Shown here: positions 11,751 to 24,165 of the stretch, in pieces
How positions within the stretch are numbered: the stretch's first letter is position 1
Layout of the letters: every line of letters begins with the position of its first letter
Source: Fonticula alba ATCC 38817
Lineage: Eukaryota > Protista > Nucleariida
NCBI GenBank assembly: GCA_000388065.2
Contig: KB932202.1
Strand: one strand, 5' to 3'
Length of the DNA stretch: 64,000 bases
Notes under the pieces: generated by a model
The model's database searches: none
Seen by the model: the letters and a program-made list of their open reading frames with translations, nothing else
What the model was told of the DNA's origin: nothing
Program-made: the position numbers and the translations under genes

Positions 11751-14161
11751 TTGTATGTATGTATGTATGTATGTGTGTGTGTGTGTGTGTGCGGGGAGGG
11801 GGGGGGGGTGGAGATGTATAGAGGATGACCACACAGGTGCCGTATGGCGTCAGTCAAGCGGCCTCACGAGCATGGGAAGGGAGCGCGTGCTGCCACGCAC
11901 CGGGGTCATTGTCGGCAATGACCACCTTGAAGGCCGCCGGACTCGGCGGTACTGACTGCCTCATCTGGATGTGGCCATCCCAGGAGAGGTCGACGCGGGG
12001 GCGCGGCGATCGGTCGGGGTATAGGGCGAGCGAGTGTCAGTCGCGGGAGCAAAGCATCGACAGGGATGCGTCTCTCTCTCTCTCTCTCTGTGTGTGTGTG
12101 ACGGTGGGGGTGGGGGGGTGCATGCGCAATCAAATGGACGCACCGCGTTGGCCTTTGGGGCGCAGGTGTATACCGGGGCCGCGTCAGGACAGGATAGGCT
12201 AAGGGGGAGCGAGAAGTGAGGCGCAGAGGGGGAGGGCTGTCGAGGAAAGGGCGTGATCCGGACACCGGAAAGGGGGCGGGGAGGGGCACAAAAGGACGAA
12301 GGGAGTTTTTTGGACTGGCATGTCGGCGTGAAAGTGCCTGCGCGGCTTTTATAGACAACGGCCCTCGCGCGGTGCCCGGCGTGGCCAGCGGCCGGGTGTG
12401 CGGATGGCTGGTTGCGAGGATGCCCCCCAAGACCGCGACGAGCGAGGCAGCTCCTGGTACGCCCGGGCCTGGGAGCGTCATTTCGGGGCCGCATGTCCCC
12501 TTGCCGTTGCCCTGGGCAATGCGGCCGCCGCACCGCCAGTGCACTTGCCGGAGCCCAGTACACGGCCAAGGTCTGCAGTGCCCCCGGGAGCCCATCCCCG
12601 AACGTCCAGCCACGGCAACCCTCCTTCTCGCCAAGTGAAGGGTGTGTTGCCCGGGTGGGCCTCCCTATCCCCGGGAGTGGGGATTCACCCTCCAAAGGAT
12701 GAGAGGCTGGATGGCTAGCGGGACAGAGAGCCCTCTGAGCCTGGTACGAGCTCCTCCATCCCCCGCCCCTCGCCGCCCCTCGCCGCCCCTGGCTCCCCCC
12801 CCCCTCTGACTGCCTGCCACATACAGCATCCCACACGGTATGCTCTCCTGCTGCCACATGGTGGCTCTCACAAGACAGCGCACACGGCCAGACACACAAG
12901 GGGCACACCCAAACATCCTCCCATCAAGACGCCTAGCGAGCGATAAAAGGGGCCACCGCCAAGCGCCGCTGAGGATCTTCCCGAAAGCCCGAGTGCCCCG
13001 AATGACTCGAGCACCGGGCGCCGTATCTCCGCGCCCCCTGCCCACTCGGCCCTCGTGCATCCGGCACGCCCCCCCCCCCCGAAGGCATGGCCACCAGGGT
13101 GCCACTCACGCAAGGCCGTGCTGGCCCGTCGAGGCCATGGCCCGGGCCCCCTCTCTGTCCTTCGGAGGGAATAAATACCCACGGTGACCCCTCGGCCCAT
13201 GCCCCCTCGATCGCGCGAGGACGCCCCGTACAGCATGCACAGGGCGCCCCAGCTTTGGCGGCTCCTGGTGCCCCGTGCATGATCGCGCGCGACAAAATTG
13301 CCCTCCACACACGCGGTCCCGCGGGATGTGGCAGCCTCTCTCGGCCTGACCTCGGCGACCCCCGCCCTCCGTTGTCTTCCTCTTCTTCTTCCTCTGCTAT
13401 GCCCTCATGACTACCCCCTCTCGCCGACACTCGCCGCTGGGCTTGACTGGTTGTAAGTTGCGGCGCTGCCCCCCCCCCNNNNNNNNNNNNNNNNNNNNNN
13501 NNNNNNNNNNNNNNNNNNNNNNNNNNNNNNNNNNNNNNNNNNNNNNNNNNNNNNNNNNNNNNNNNNNNNNNNNNNNNNNNNNNNNNNNCCCCCCTCCCCG
13601 GCCTGTGCCGGCCCCCCTGGACTCCACATTGTCCCAGCCGCGGGCACCTCTCGGGCTCCAGGGCACATTAAAACCCACAAGTTACGGGGCTGTGCTCGGA
13701 GCTCCCGACGCTCCGGCCGTCGGGGCTGGAATGGCGGGGTTTGGCGATGCGATATATCACCAACGCGCGCACGTGTGTCCGTTGAGGATCATGTGCACCG
13801 ATCCATCACAAGGGTGCTCCCTCGCATGAATCCCCCGTCCCCCTCGGGTGCCGGTTCTCCGCGCGCCTTCGGACCGGACGTGCAGGCGCGTGGCGGATCT
13901 CAGGACTCGGGGCGGTCACACCATCGCCGGGCCACCGGGCGGGGGGACTGCGCATGGGTGAGCCAGGCGGACCACACGTTTGTTGCCCGAGGAGGTCCCC
14001 CCGCCCCCCTCCTCTCCCAAGGCTCGTGAGAGGTGGGCTTTTTCGCTGGCACTCCCACCAGGCACGATCGGGCACCCTCCCTACCACCTTCCTTCCTTCC
14101 TTCCGACCCACAAACACACTTCCCCCCCCCCCCCCCACCCTTTTGCCTCTCCCTGCCGCTC

Positions 14162-17049
14162 ATGCACAGCCCTGTGGCACGCACAGCTGCGCACGCCTGC
14201 CGCGGCGGCCTTGCCGCGGCTGCCTCTCTCGCCCGGCGGCCCGGCTCTTTGCCGTGTGCGGCAGCGGCGGTCTCCACCGCGGCCGCCGGTCGCTGCGCCG
14301 ATGGGCGCGGGCCTGGTCCCTCCGCCCTCACGGCTGGCACCCTGCCCTGCGTTCGGGCGGCCATGTTCCATTCATCTCCTCCAGGCTTCGCGGCCATGCC
14401 GGTGGCCTCGTCCCAGGCAGGCACTCTGACCGAGCACCAGCCCTTCCTGGATACTCGGCATTTGTCAGCCGCCGGGCTGCCCCCTGGTCGGGACTTGGTT
14501 CCCCAATTCCAAGCCTTCCTCCGAACGGCCCCGGCCGCCGACCTGGCCGCCATGGGGGACCTTCCCGTGGACGCCGGCTCGCTGGGCAAGCTCCTGGACA
14601 ATGTGCTGCACATCGGACTGAACGTCGCCCTGGAGTGGGCGGGATCCCCTGATGCCAATGCCCCGGGGCTGGTGGCGTGCGACCGCTTGACAGCCCCGCT
14701 TTCGGCGGCCGAGGCGCTGGCTTCCACCTGTACGCGTCCCTCTGTCTGGCGATCAGCGTCCTGCGACACCTTTTGTTTTAGTCTCTCTCTCTCTCTCTCT
14801 TGCTCTCCGCCTACATATCTATCTATGTATATGTGTCTACACATCGCGTCCCATGCCTCGGCCCCTCCCCGCTTCCGTCTTACATTGATGTGCTGACGTT
14901 GCCCGGCTCCCGGAGCCCCCCCCCCCCTCCCTCCCCCCTCCCTCCTCCCCTCCCCGCCCTGATGTCACAACATAGATCCGGCTCCGCTGGTCTTTCTGGC
15001 CGGCCGGGCCCTGCATGTTCACTGCATGAGCCTCCTCGGGGGATTGGCTCAGAGTGGGGCCCTGGAGCGCATGTCGCCGGCGCCCTTCGGCCCCGAGTGC
15101 CCGCGGTATGCGGCCCTGTTGACGGCCGGGCAGCTCCTTCGCACTGCGGCCGATCTCGGCAATGCCCGGGCCCTTTTCAACCTGGGCCTGCTCTTCCACT
15201 CGCCGGCGTCAAGCTCCGTGGGCAGCCCGGCGGCCGGAGCCGGGGCCGGGCCGGTTCTCTGTTCCAGCCCCAGGTCGGTGATCCGGCTGTTCCGGTCGGC
15301 GATCCTGCCGCTCGCCGACCGCCAGGCCTTTTCGCCCGCCGAGCTGGAGACCGGATCGCTTCTCTTCCCGGAGGCCCCCGCCGGCCCCGGACGCCGGGAT
15401 GGCCCTGGCGGGTGGGTTGACCGCCAGGCCCTCTTGACACATGCCGCCCTGCAGACACAGCGCTTGGAGGATGTTCTTGGGCGTGACGCTGGCCACGGGC
15501 TGGTTGACCTGTCGCTGGCGGCACTGAACTCGGGCTTGCTGCCGGCCGATGGTGCCGGGCTTCTGCCCCCCGGCGTGGGTGCCCTCGAGCCGGGCCACTT
15601 CCGCCCGGCGGCCACCAAGCTGCCCACCGATTACCTTCGTCTGACCCCGGGCATGGCTCAGCTTCTGTATGCCCTGTACATGGCGGATTTGCACGAAACA
15701 CCGGATCCCCCGAGTGCCAAGGCGCCGGCACCCGCCATCAGCGCTGTCCCTCGCCCCCCGGCGTCCTCCAACCCCCAGCCCCCCACCCCGGGGCAGCGGT
15801 CAGCATTCAACCTCTGTGCCCGAGTCACCGGACTCTATCTGGATGGGGTTCTGTCTGACGCGGGCGCCGAATTTGCCCGATACCTTGGTACGCCTCTCCA
15901 GCCGCTGCCCTTGGGCATTTCCCTCGCCACAGCCCCGCGGTCGCGCCATACTCATCCCCCGTCATGTGCTGCCATCTGTCTGTCTTTCTCTCTTTCCCTG
16001 TATTTCTTCCCCCCCCCTCCTCCTCCCCCTCCTCCCTCGCCTTTGTTCTCGGGCCAGGTCTCATGCATTTAACCGGCGACGCCGGGGCCAGTCGGGATGT
16101 CGAGCTCGGCTCGGCTCTCCTGCAGACGGCCGGCTGGCAGCCTCCTGCCCGCCAGGCCGTCAGCCACCGGCCCGACGTGTCGTCAATTGTGTCGGATGTC
16201 TTGGACCCGGAGGCGCACTTTACCCTGGCCTTGTTGCATTCCAACAGCCCGAAGTTCGGCGGGGCCGCAAGGGCGCCTGAACGACCGGCCAACTGGCGCC
16301 TGTCCATCGGGCACTATGCCATGGCTTGTTTGGGGGCGCGGCGTCTGGCCGTCGTGCCGGCTGCCGGCCAGCCGGCCCAAACCCCGGCGGTCCTGGCCAA
16401 GTCCCTCTTCAATCTGGGCGTCGAGCTGCTGGCCGGCCGGGGGTTGCCGGCGGCCGAGGCCCACCCGGAGGCCGTGGTGTCCGAGGACACGGCGCACCCC
16501 CGCCCAGCCCTGGCACTTGTGGCATTTGAGGCTGCGGCCCGCGAGCTCCCGGCCGATATGGCCTCGCGCCCAGGGCCTGGTCCATTCCGGATCTGCTACG
16601 TGGCAGCCGTCAATGCGGGGAATCTGTGGCGCAGGGGCTTTGACCTGCGAGTGCCGGCGCCGGCCGACGGCGAGTCGGCTTCGACCAACGGCGACGACCC
16701 GGCCCCGGTCCCGGTGGAGTCCCTTTCGACGCGCTATTCGGCCGTCGATTTGGCTCGCGAGTGTCATGTCACGGTTCCGCGATCGCTGCGCAATGCGGCC
16801 GATTGCTTCCAGCATGCCCTTCCCTCGCCCGATGCCCGTGCTTTGTTGGAGTCCTGCATGAATGAGATGGCCACGCTGGAATCCCAGGCCCCGGGATTCT
16901 CCAGCGGCCAGTCCCACATCCCCGACGAAGAGTGGGAGGGCGATGCCCATGATCGCATTAGTGACATCCGCCGGAAGGTGGCCTCCAGTGCGCCGGCCGA
17001 CAGCGAGAGCGCCCAATCCGCCGGTGGGAGTCGGTGCACCATCATGTAG
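14162..17049 (+). CDS. Sel1-like/TPR-type helical repeat protein with a possible mitochondrial presequence (exons 14162-14729, 14976-15887, 16058-17049; 823 aa)
   Basis: Two phase-1 GT..AG introns join three ORF-track frames into 2472 nt. Sel1-like segments: GNARALFNLGLLF, AHFTLALLH, SLFNLGVELLAGRGL. The N-terminus is Ala/Arg-rich and poor in acidic residues. Confidence 0.7.
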
Positions 17050-17225
17050 AGGAGCGCCTTGGTCCACAGCCGGGCCATGGCGCCCACCTGTGTGCCTCAC
17101 TGGCAATAGACAAATGCAATTGGCGCGGCACTCTAGCCCGCGTGTGGTCTATTTCCATTTGTTGGTGCGTCAGATCGAGCGGGGAACAGGGGGGGGGGGA
17201 AGAAAGCAGAGGAAGGAGAAGGCGC

Positions 17226-18372
17226 TCATGGGGCATCTGTCGACTTGTCCGCCGACTCGCTGGTCAATTCCCGGACCGTGGCCGGTGATGATGCCGGTGC
17301 GGTCGGCCGCAGCCCCGGCGGCAGGGGAAGGGCAGTGCCACAGTCCAGCGAGGGGTCGCCACCTTGGCCCAGGAGCTCGCGAAGCAGCGAAGCTACCGGG
17401 CCAGGGGCGGAGGTGGCGCCGCGGCCGCCGGTGCCACCACCCGCGCCAGGCCGCCCATCCAGATCCTCATCGCCAAGAAGCTCCGAGAAGCCAGCCTGTC
17501 GGATGGCCACCTCCAGCAGGGCCACCATCTCCCGATGAACGCGCAGATCCGAGTGGCTCATGCGTGCGGCACCCCCGGCGCTGGTGGCCGCATCAGGATG
17601 CAGCAGCTCCACAAGGGCCTGGTCCATGGGACTGCCACGGAAGTCCCCAACGGTGGCCGGGAAGTATGGGCTCGGTGTCGACGCCGTCCCAGTCGCCAGG
17701 GAGCTCTGTCCGGCGAGCATGCGCAGCCGGGCTGCCGCTTCGGTCGATAGGCTGTCGAACTTTTTGCGAAGCTCAGGGCTGGTCACTGGGCATTTGCGTA
17801 TTCCAGCCGGTCCGGGAGGTGAGTACATGGAAGACGGTGCGAGACGGATGGGTCCGGGATGGAAGGGCAATGCCATCACCCCCCTCTCCCCCCCCCCTCC
17901 CTCCCGGGGCATAGAGCCAGTGATGCTGGCACGATTCACGCACCGGCTTCATCAAGTTGACGATCAGACGCGCCGCGCCAGGAGTCAATGCCGTCATCAA
18001 ATGGATTGGACGAAGAGGAGGCCAACGGGCCAACCGGGAGGCGAGCCAATGCTCGCGGGCGCTTGGCGACGGGGCTGGCATCCGGGTCATTCTCGGGTGC
18101 CGGTCGTTTCAGGGCGCAGGTTTCCTTGTGTATCCGGAAGCAGGCCACCTTGCAACTGAGGGAGGGGGTGAGGGGCGGCGAGCGAGGAACGAGTCAGTCA
18201 AGGCCGAGCGGGCGAATGGGCAGCCCGACGGGGCATCCTCCGCCGGTGGCAAGCAACGGCCATGAATCGGGAGGCCGTACAAGCGGAACACCTGGCACAT
18301 GGAACACCGGTAGCTGGCGTCCGGTACACTACACACCCCACATGGCCGGTCAGCCGGCTGCGAGGAGGACAT
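17226..18372 (-). CDS. ZNHIT3: Zinc finger HIT-domain protein, ZNHIT3/Hit1-like (exons 18372-18281, 18155-17944, 17785-17226; 287 aa)
   Basis: Spliced N-terminus CGVCSVPDASYRCSMCQVFRFCKVACFRIHKETC fits the zf-HIT Cys/His pattern; the exons sum to 864 nt in frame. The orthologue call within the zf-HIT family rests on the N-terminal domain position and is tentative. Confidence 0.7.
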
Positions 18373-18903
18373 GGCCAGGTCGGGCCGAGAGACGAGCGGC
18401 CGGAGAAGGAGAGAGAGAGAGAAGGAGCGAGTGGTGTTGGGGAGGGGGGGGGGAGCAGGATGGAAAAGAACAGGCGAGACAGACACGGGAGGCCACAGAT
18501 GTGTGCACGCGCGTGTGTGGAACAGAGGGGCGAGGGGAGGGGGGAACGGGTGTTGGGTGAGGCCGCGCTTCCGGGCGACCTGCGCGGCTGGCGATGGTGC
18601 GCCAAAGATCGGACCCAGCGGGCACACGCTGGCAATGTGGATCCGTTGGCAGCGCCGGCCAACTGACAGTTCATCCCTCCCTGCCTTGTCTCGGGCGGGC
18701 TCTGGCTGGCGGGCGATCGGAGCGGCCATTCGGAGTGTCTCTGGCGGGTTACTTCTTTGGGGGGCGGCCGTGCTGGCCCTGGCGGGGGGGAGGTGTGACT
18801 GCATGAGATACTCATTTCCCTCCTGCGACCCCTACTCCTTGTTGCTCCCCTCCTTCTCGCCCTTCCCCCTTGCCACTTCCCTTTCTTCGCGCGTTCTTTG
18901 GAA

Positions 18904-20154
18904 ATGGCTGACAAGGAGTCGCCGACCCTGGTCAGCGGCGCTGCGGCCACTGACGGGCCATCCCCTGCGGACGACCTCAAGCCTGCCCCGCAGCCGGGCA
19001 AGAGCAAGGCATTCTTCCCCAACATGCGAGAGGTGCGCCCCCGGCCGAGTGTGGAGATGATGTCCCCCCCCCCCCTCCCCNNNNNNNNNNNNNNNNNNNN
19101 NNNNNNNNNNNNNNNNNNNNNNNNNNNNNNNNNNNNNNNNNNNNNNNCCCCCCCCGCTCCTCTCTCCCTCTCTCTCGGCCCGATGTCACGCTCGCCCTAC
19201 CGACAGACCCTTGCTCAGGGCTTGAACTTGCTGTATGTCGTGGCCGCTGCGCTCACCCTCTGGAAGGGGCTGTCCTTGCTCTGTAGCACGGATAGTCCGA
19301 TTGTCGTCGTGCTCAGGTGCGTGCAGCCGTCCCTGTGCCGGACTCCGCCAATCGTGCCCCTGACACCGAGCCCCCTTTCTTGATCGCATCCCGGAAATGG
19401 GTATAGTGGCTCCATGGAGCCGGCTTTCGCCCGTGGGGACCTTCTCTTCCTGTCGTCTCCTTCTCAGAAAAACCCCCTGCGCGTGGGTGATGTTGTGGTC
19501 TTCTCCGAAAAGTCCTACCCCGGCGGACCACCGGTTAGCAACATCCCGATCGTCCATCGTGTCCTGCGCGTGCATGTCGACCGGTGCGCCCGAGCGCCCA
19601 GTTGCTAGCCATCTCATCGCCACCTGCACCGCCTCTCTCTCTCTCTCTCGAATGAGCTAACCCGCCTACTTCCGGGGGGTGCCCTTTGCCTTCTGAAGCG
19701 ATACCGGTCGGACCAAGGTCCTTACCAAGGGCGACAACAATCGCGTGGACGACCGCGCCCTCTATGGCAAGGGGGTCGAGTGGATTGACGCGTCGACCTT
19801 TGCCGCGCCGCTGCTCAAGGCCCACTGGGCGCCCAGCAAGGCACCCGCCTCATCGCCGCCGGGAGTGGCCCCGCCCAGTCGCCTGGACGTGGTTTTGAAC
19901 ATGGGTGCTTCGGAGCGCGATGCCGGCGACATTGTCGGCGTGGTTCGTGGGTGCGATTTTGGTTGCCTTTCGCCATCCTGCCCATCGGCGCTTCTTGCAA
20001 GGGGGCTCACTGACTTACCATGGTGCTCTACTCGCCGCCCAGGCAACTACCCAAGGCTGGGCTCTTGACGCTGGCCCTGCACGATTACCCCTACTTGAAG
20101 ATTGTTCTGGTGGGGGTGCTTGGTGTGCTTTCCCTCTTCTCCAAGGACCAATGA
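18904..20154 (+). CDS. SEC11: ER signal peptidase complex catalytic subunit SEC11, peptidase S26B (exons 18904-19032, 19207-19316, 19407-19583, 19699-19950, 20043-20154)
   Basis: Spliced product contains [30 protein letters not shown] (catalytic Ser), IPIVHRV (catalytic His), [15 protein letters not shown], and a C-terminal [14 protein letters not shown] helix. All intron phases are consistent. Confidence 0.93.
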
Positions 20155-20440
20155 GATCCACAATCACCAACAGAGGGGGACTTCTCCCTCCTCTTGTTGG
20201 TGAATTCCGGAATAAATCAACCTGCCAAGGAAAAGCATGCACTTTGGGCAATGGCAATCTATTGTAGAGTTAGGAAGGAGGATAGGGAGGGAGAGGGGAG
20301 GGGGGGGGGGGAGGCAGATACGAGCAGGACACGAGGGAGTAGGCCAGTAGCAAGCCCGATCGGCCAGCCGACCGGGGGGCCTTGGACGCATGTGCCTCAC
20401 AAGGGGGAAGGGGTCTTGAGCATGCTCAGTGTGTCTGCGC

Positions 20441-21607
20441 TTACTTGTCGCTGTCACCGAACCAGCGAAAGGTCCACCGATCATTTTGGGCCGGCATGGC
20501 GCCGGTTTGGGCCGGGTCGAGGATCAGCTTGCCAGACGTGCTGGGAGTGTGGCCCACTGTCTGAAGATGGATGGCCGTCGCGTCGTTGATATGGTCCCCG
20601 AAGAGGCGGAATCGGCTGAAAGGAAAGATCTGCATCGAGTGTGAGAGCAGGCAGGGGGAGGAGGAGGCATAGAGAGACGGGCGGAGAGAGGGCCGGGGAT
20701 GTGATCGAGGAAAGAACACGTACCCGCGCCCGAATGATACCGAAAACGAGGGTCTCGGGGATGGGGCCGAGGAAACGCGAGTCAACCGACGCGTTGACAT
20801 TGTCTCCGGTCACCCAAATGTGCCCCTCCGGGATCTAGCAAGGTGGGGAGTTAGCCTTGGATGGGGGTGGTCGAGACAGATGTACGAGTGGACAAGTTGT
20901 TGGGAGAGGAAGAAGAAGAGAGAGAGGGGGGGAGAGAGGGAGAGGGAGAGAGAGAGAGAGGAAGAAGAGGAGGGGGAGAAAGAGTAAGAGGGGAAGGGGG
21001 ATGGACGAACCGTGACCGTGGCCGCGCCAAGATACTCTGGATCCCGGACCACCACATCCCCGGGCTACAGTGTGTTTGTCAGGAGGGCAGGCAAGGGGGA
21101 GCGGCACCAGGAGGGTGGGAGATGCATTCGCAGAACGAAAGTGCCCGACAGCGTACCATTCCGGTGATGCGCTTACAAAGGAGCCGAGTCTTATCATAGG
21201 GCGAGATGACGGCGACAAAGTCCCCGAGCTTGTATTGCTACGTTGATGTGGGATGAGTGGATGCGCGGCAACAGCGAGGCAGGGGCACAGAAGGAAGACC
21301 AAAGGTGGCGGACGTACGCGGCGCCGAGCGGAGAAGGTGTCCCCGATGTACCAGTCACCGCCGTCCCTCAGGGTGGGGAGCATCGACGGGCCGTTGGCCT
21401 GCGGGCAAGGGGGTCAGCATTTCCCCCCCAACTGTAACAGCGGCGCCGAACTTCGCAGGCTGAAGGTGTCAGGCGCACCGAAATGATGAAGCCAAGGCGC
21501 GAGAACGCCGCGCTGTAAGCGAAGTAGATGAACGACCCAGCGGTCAGGAGAGTGGCGGCATGGTTGAGGAGCGAGCGGTCTTTCAGTTGGCGGAGGAAGC
21601 GGCTCAT
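20441..21607 (-). CDS. IMP1: Mitochondrial inner membrane peptidase subunit 1, peptidase S26A (exons 21607-21479, 21398-21318, 21237-21157, 21064-21011, 20834-20724, 20629-20441)
   Basis: GPSMLPTL (catalytic Ser), LCKRITGMPGD (catalytic Lys) and IPEGHIWVTGDNVNASVDSRFLGPIP, all closer to the IMP1 pattern than to IMP2. Six exons join in frame. Confidence 0.9.
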
Positions 21608-22120
21608 GGACCGATTGCGGAGCTGAAATGGATGGACCTGAGCATACAGGCCAGAGGGAGTGGGAAGGTGTCAGCACATGTCCGTGGAGAGCAAGGGGCA
21701 GAGGGCAGGGGGAGGGGGAGNNNNNNNNNNGGGGGGGGGGGCGAACACAGGGAGAGATAAGGGAGAGGCGCCGGGGCCTTTTGCGAGGGGGCTCTGGTCG
21801 TCCGGCCCGGGAGAGGACCACGATCGACAGGCGGGCCTAAGAATGGCGCCCAGCGTATGTTGAGATGCCAACGCACAATACCTCTCCCCCCACACCATCA
21901 CTTCCAGGCCCGATCTGGGACCAACGCGGCTCGGCCTGGGCACATTTGTGCGCCACTCCCCCAGCCAGATCTCGATGGGCCTTTCCACATACTTTTTGCT
22001 CGGCCTGCTCCTCCCTCTTTTTTTCCCTCCTTGTGCCCTTCTGCATCTTCCCTCGTCGGGTATAGCCCCATCTGAGAAGGAGTTCCAGCTTGATCAACCC
22101 CCCTCCTCGCTCTGGTCCAC

Positions 22121-24120
22121 ATGTCCACCTTGGAGGAGCGGAAGCGGATCGCTCTCGAGAGGGTATGTCCAGGCGCTTGGCCATGCTTCCCTCCTCCTGT
22201 CCCCGGTCCTGACCATGACATTCGTCTTCCCTTCGGCACAGCTGAGAGCCTCGCAGGCAAGGCAGCCCGGTGCCGTCGCCGGCGGGCAGCCTGCCCGAGC
22301 TGGCGGGACTCTCCCTCTTGGCCCAGCTTCCGGGGGTCGGGATTCCGCACAGTCCGTCGCCAGCGGCCCTGCCGCCGCGCGCCCCGGGTCATTAATGGAG
22401 CTCTTCTCGTACCAGCCGCCACAGGCTCGGCCTCCAGCGGCTCCAGGCCCGACATTGGGCTTGCCCCCGGGCGCGAGCTCCGCCCCGACATCGATGTCCA
22501 CTTCGACTCCCCTCTTGGCCCATGCGTCTGGCCCGTCGGGGGCCGTTGGGCCCTCCGGATTCCGGCCAGGCCCCATGTCAGCGGCAACCGCCGTCGCATC
22601 GGCCCCTCACGCCGCACCAACCGCGCCGCCAAACACGGCCGAAATTTCGCTCGTCAACACGGGCAAGTCTTTCCTGGTGACCTTCGCCAGCTATAGTGTC
22701 TCTGGCAACCAAGTAGTCACCTCCCTCGGCGGGATCAACAGTACGTGTGTCTGTTTCATCGCAGCATGAGGAGTTGCGTGGGCCACTCTGACGGCATTTG
22801 GCCATTGCCTCTCCCCCTCCCCCTCCCTCCAGAGCCGCCCCGACAGTGGAGCCTCCCGAACCAAGTTTACTTTGAATGCGTCAGCAAACTTCGAAAGATT
22901 CCCGGCATGACGGTGCACCAGCCCCCCGAGCTGACCCTCACCTCGTATGGGCTGATCACGAATCGGGCACACCCCCACGGAGGCCAGCACAATCCCCAGC
23001 AGGACAAGGATTACAAGCCAGAGTGCGTGCCGGGGATCGGAAGCCCCCTCTGCGCGCTTGATTGCTCATGCTTCTGACGCTTAGACCCCCCTCTCGCGCC
23101 TCTCTCTCTCTATCTCACACACACACACACACACACACACACGCGCGCGCGCGCGTACATGTGCATGGGTATACATTTGTATCCCCAAAACATGCGTATG
23201 GGCACATTTCGCTTCCTCAGTGGAGAAAGCCTTTCACTTACCAGCCTTGGCATTCCGGCCGCCCTGGCAGAGGCGCTTTACCCGTTCCAGCGCGACAGTG
23301 TCCAGTACGTGGAACATGCCCGCTGCTGCTTGAACCGGGGCATGCGCCTGCTCGTGGAAACCCTCCGACTGACTGTTTCTTCCTTTTTCGGGGCCCATCT
23401 TTGGGCCTGGGGTTTGTCTGGGGATGTTTTTGTTGGACAGATATGCCCGACTTCATCACGGTCGCGTGCTGATCGCCGATGAGATGGGTCTCGGCAAGAC
23501 AATCCAGGGTGCGAGGCAAAGTGTCGCACCATGCGCCAAATGTCTCATTTCCTGGTCCTTCGGCCATTAACCCGATCCCCGTTTACCCAGCCCTGGCCAT
23601 TGCCTGCCTCTACCAGACGGAGTGGCCCTTGCTTATTGTCACAGGCGCCTCCATTCGCGGGTCCTGGTTCAATGTGCGTGTTTGCCGGGCCCCCTCCGTG
23701 TGTCGCTCCTTTTCCCGCTTTCTGCGCTGCCCCTTGTCTGGGGGTCCATGTTCCCGGAGCCCGCCAATCTGACGCCGTGCTCTGGCCCCGACCTCAGGAG
23801 GTCCTCAAATGGCTGTCGCCAGCTTGTGTGTCGCCAGATCTGGTGAAGCTTGTCGACCCGAAGTTCGGCAAGATAGACTTCTCACACCACCGAGTGCTCA
23901 TCGTGAGTTATGCTCTGTTGACCAATCACCTGGAAAAGGCGCTGCAGGCTCCTCGATTGGGGGTCGTCATCATCGTACGTGTGCCCAATCACTGCGGCAC
24001 GCACAAAGACATCCATGCGCACGCGTGCCTCCATGTTTCATATGCTTGCCCTTCGTCTCTGACACGCACACACACCCGCACACACACCCGCAAACACACC
24101 CGTACACACACTCACTCACT

Positions 24121-24165
<45 letters not shown>

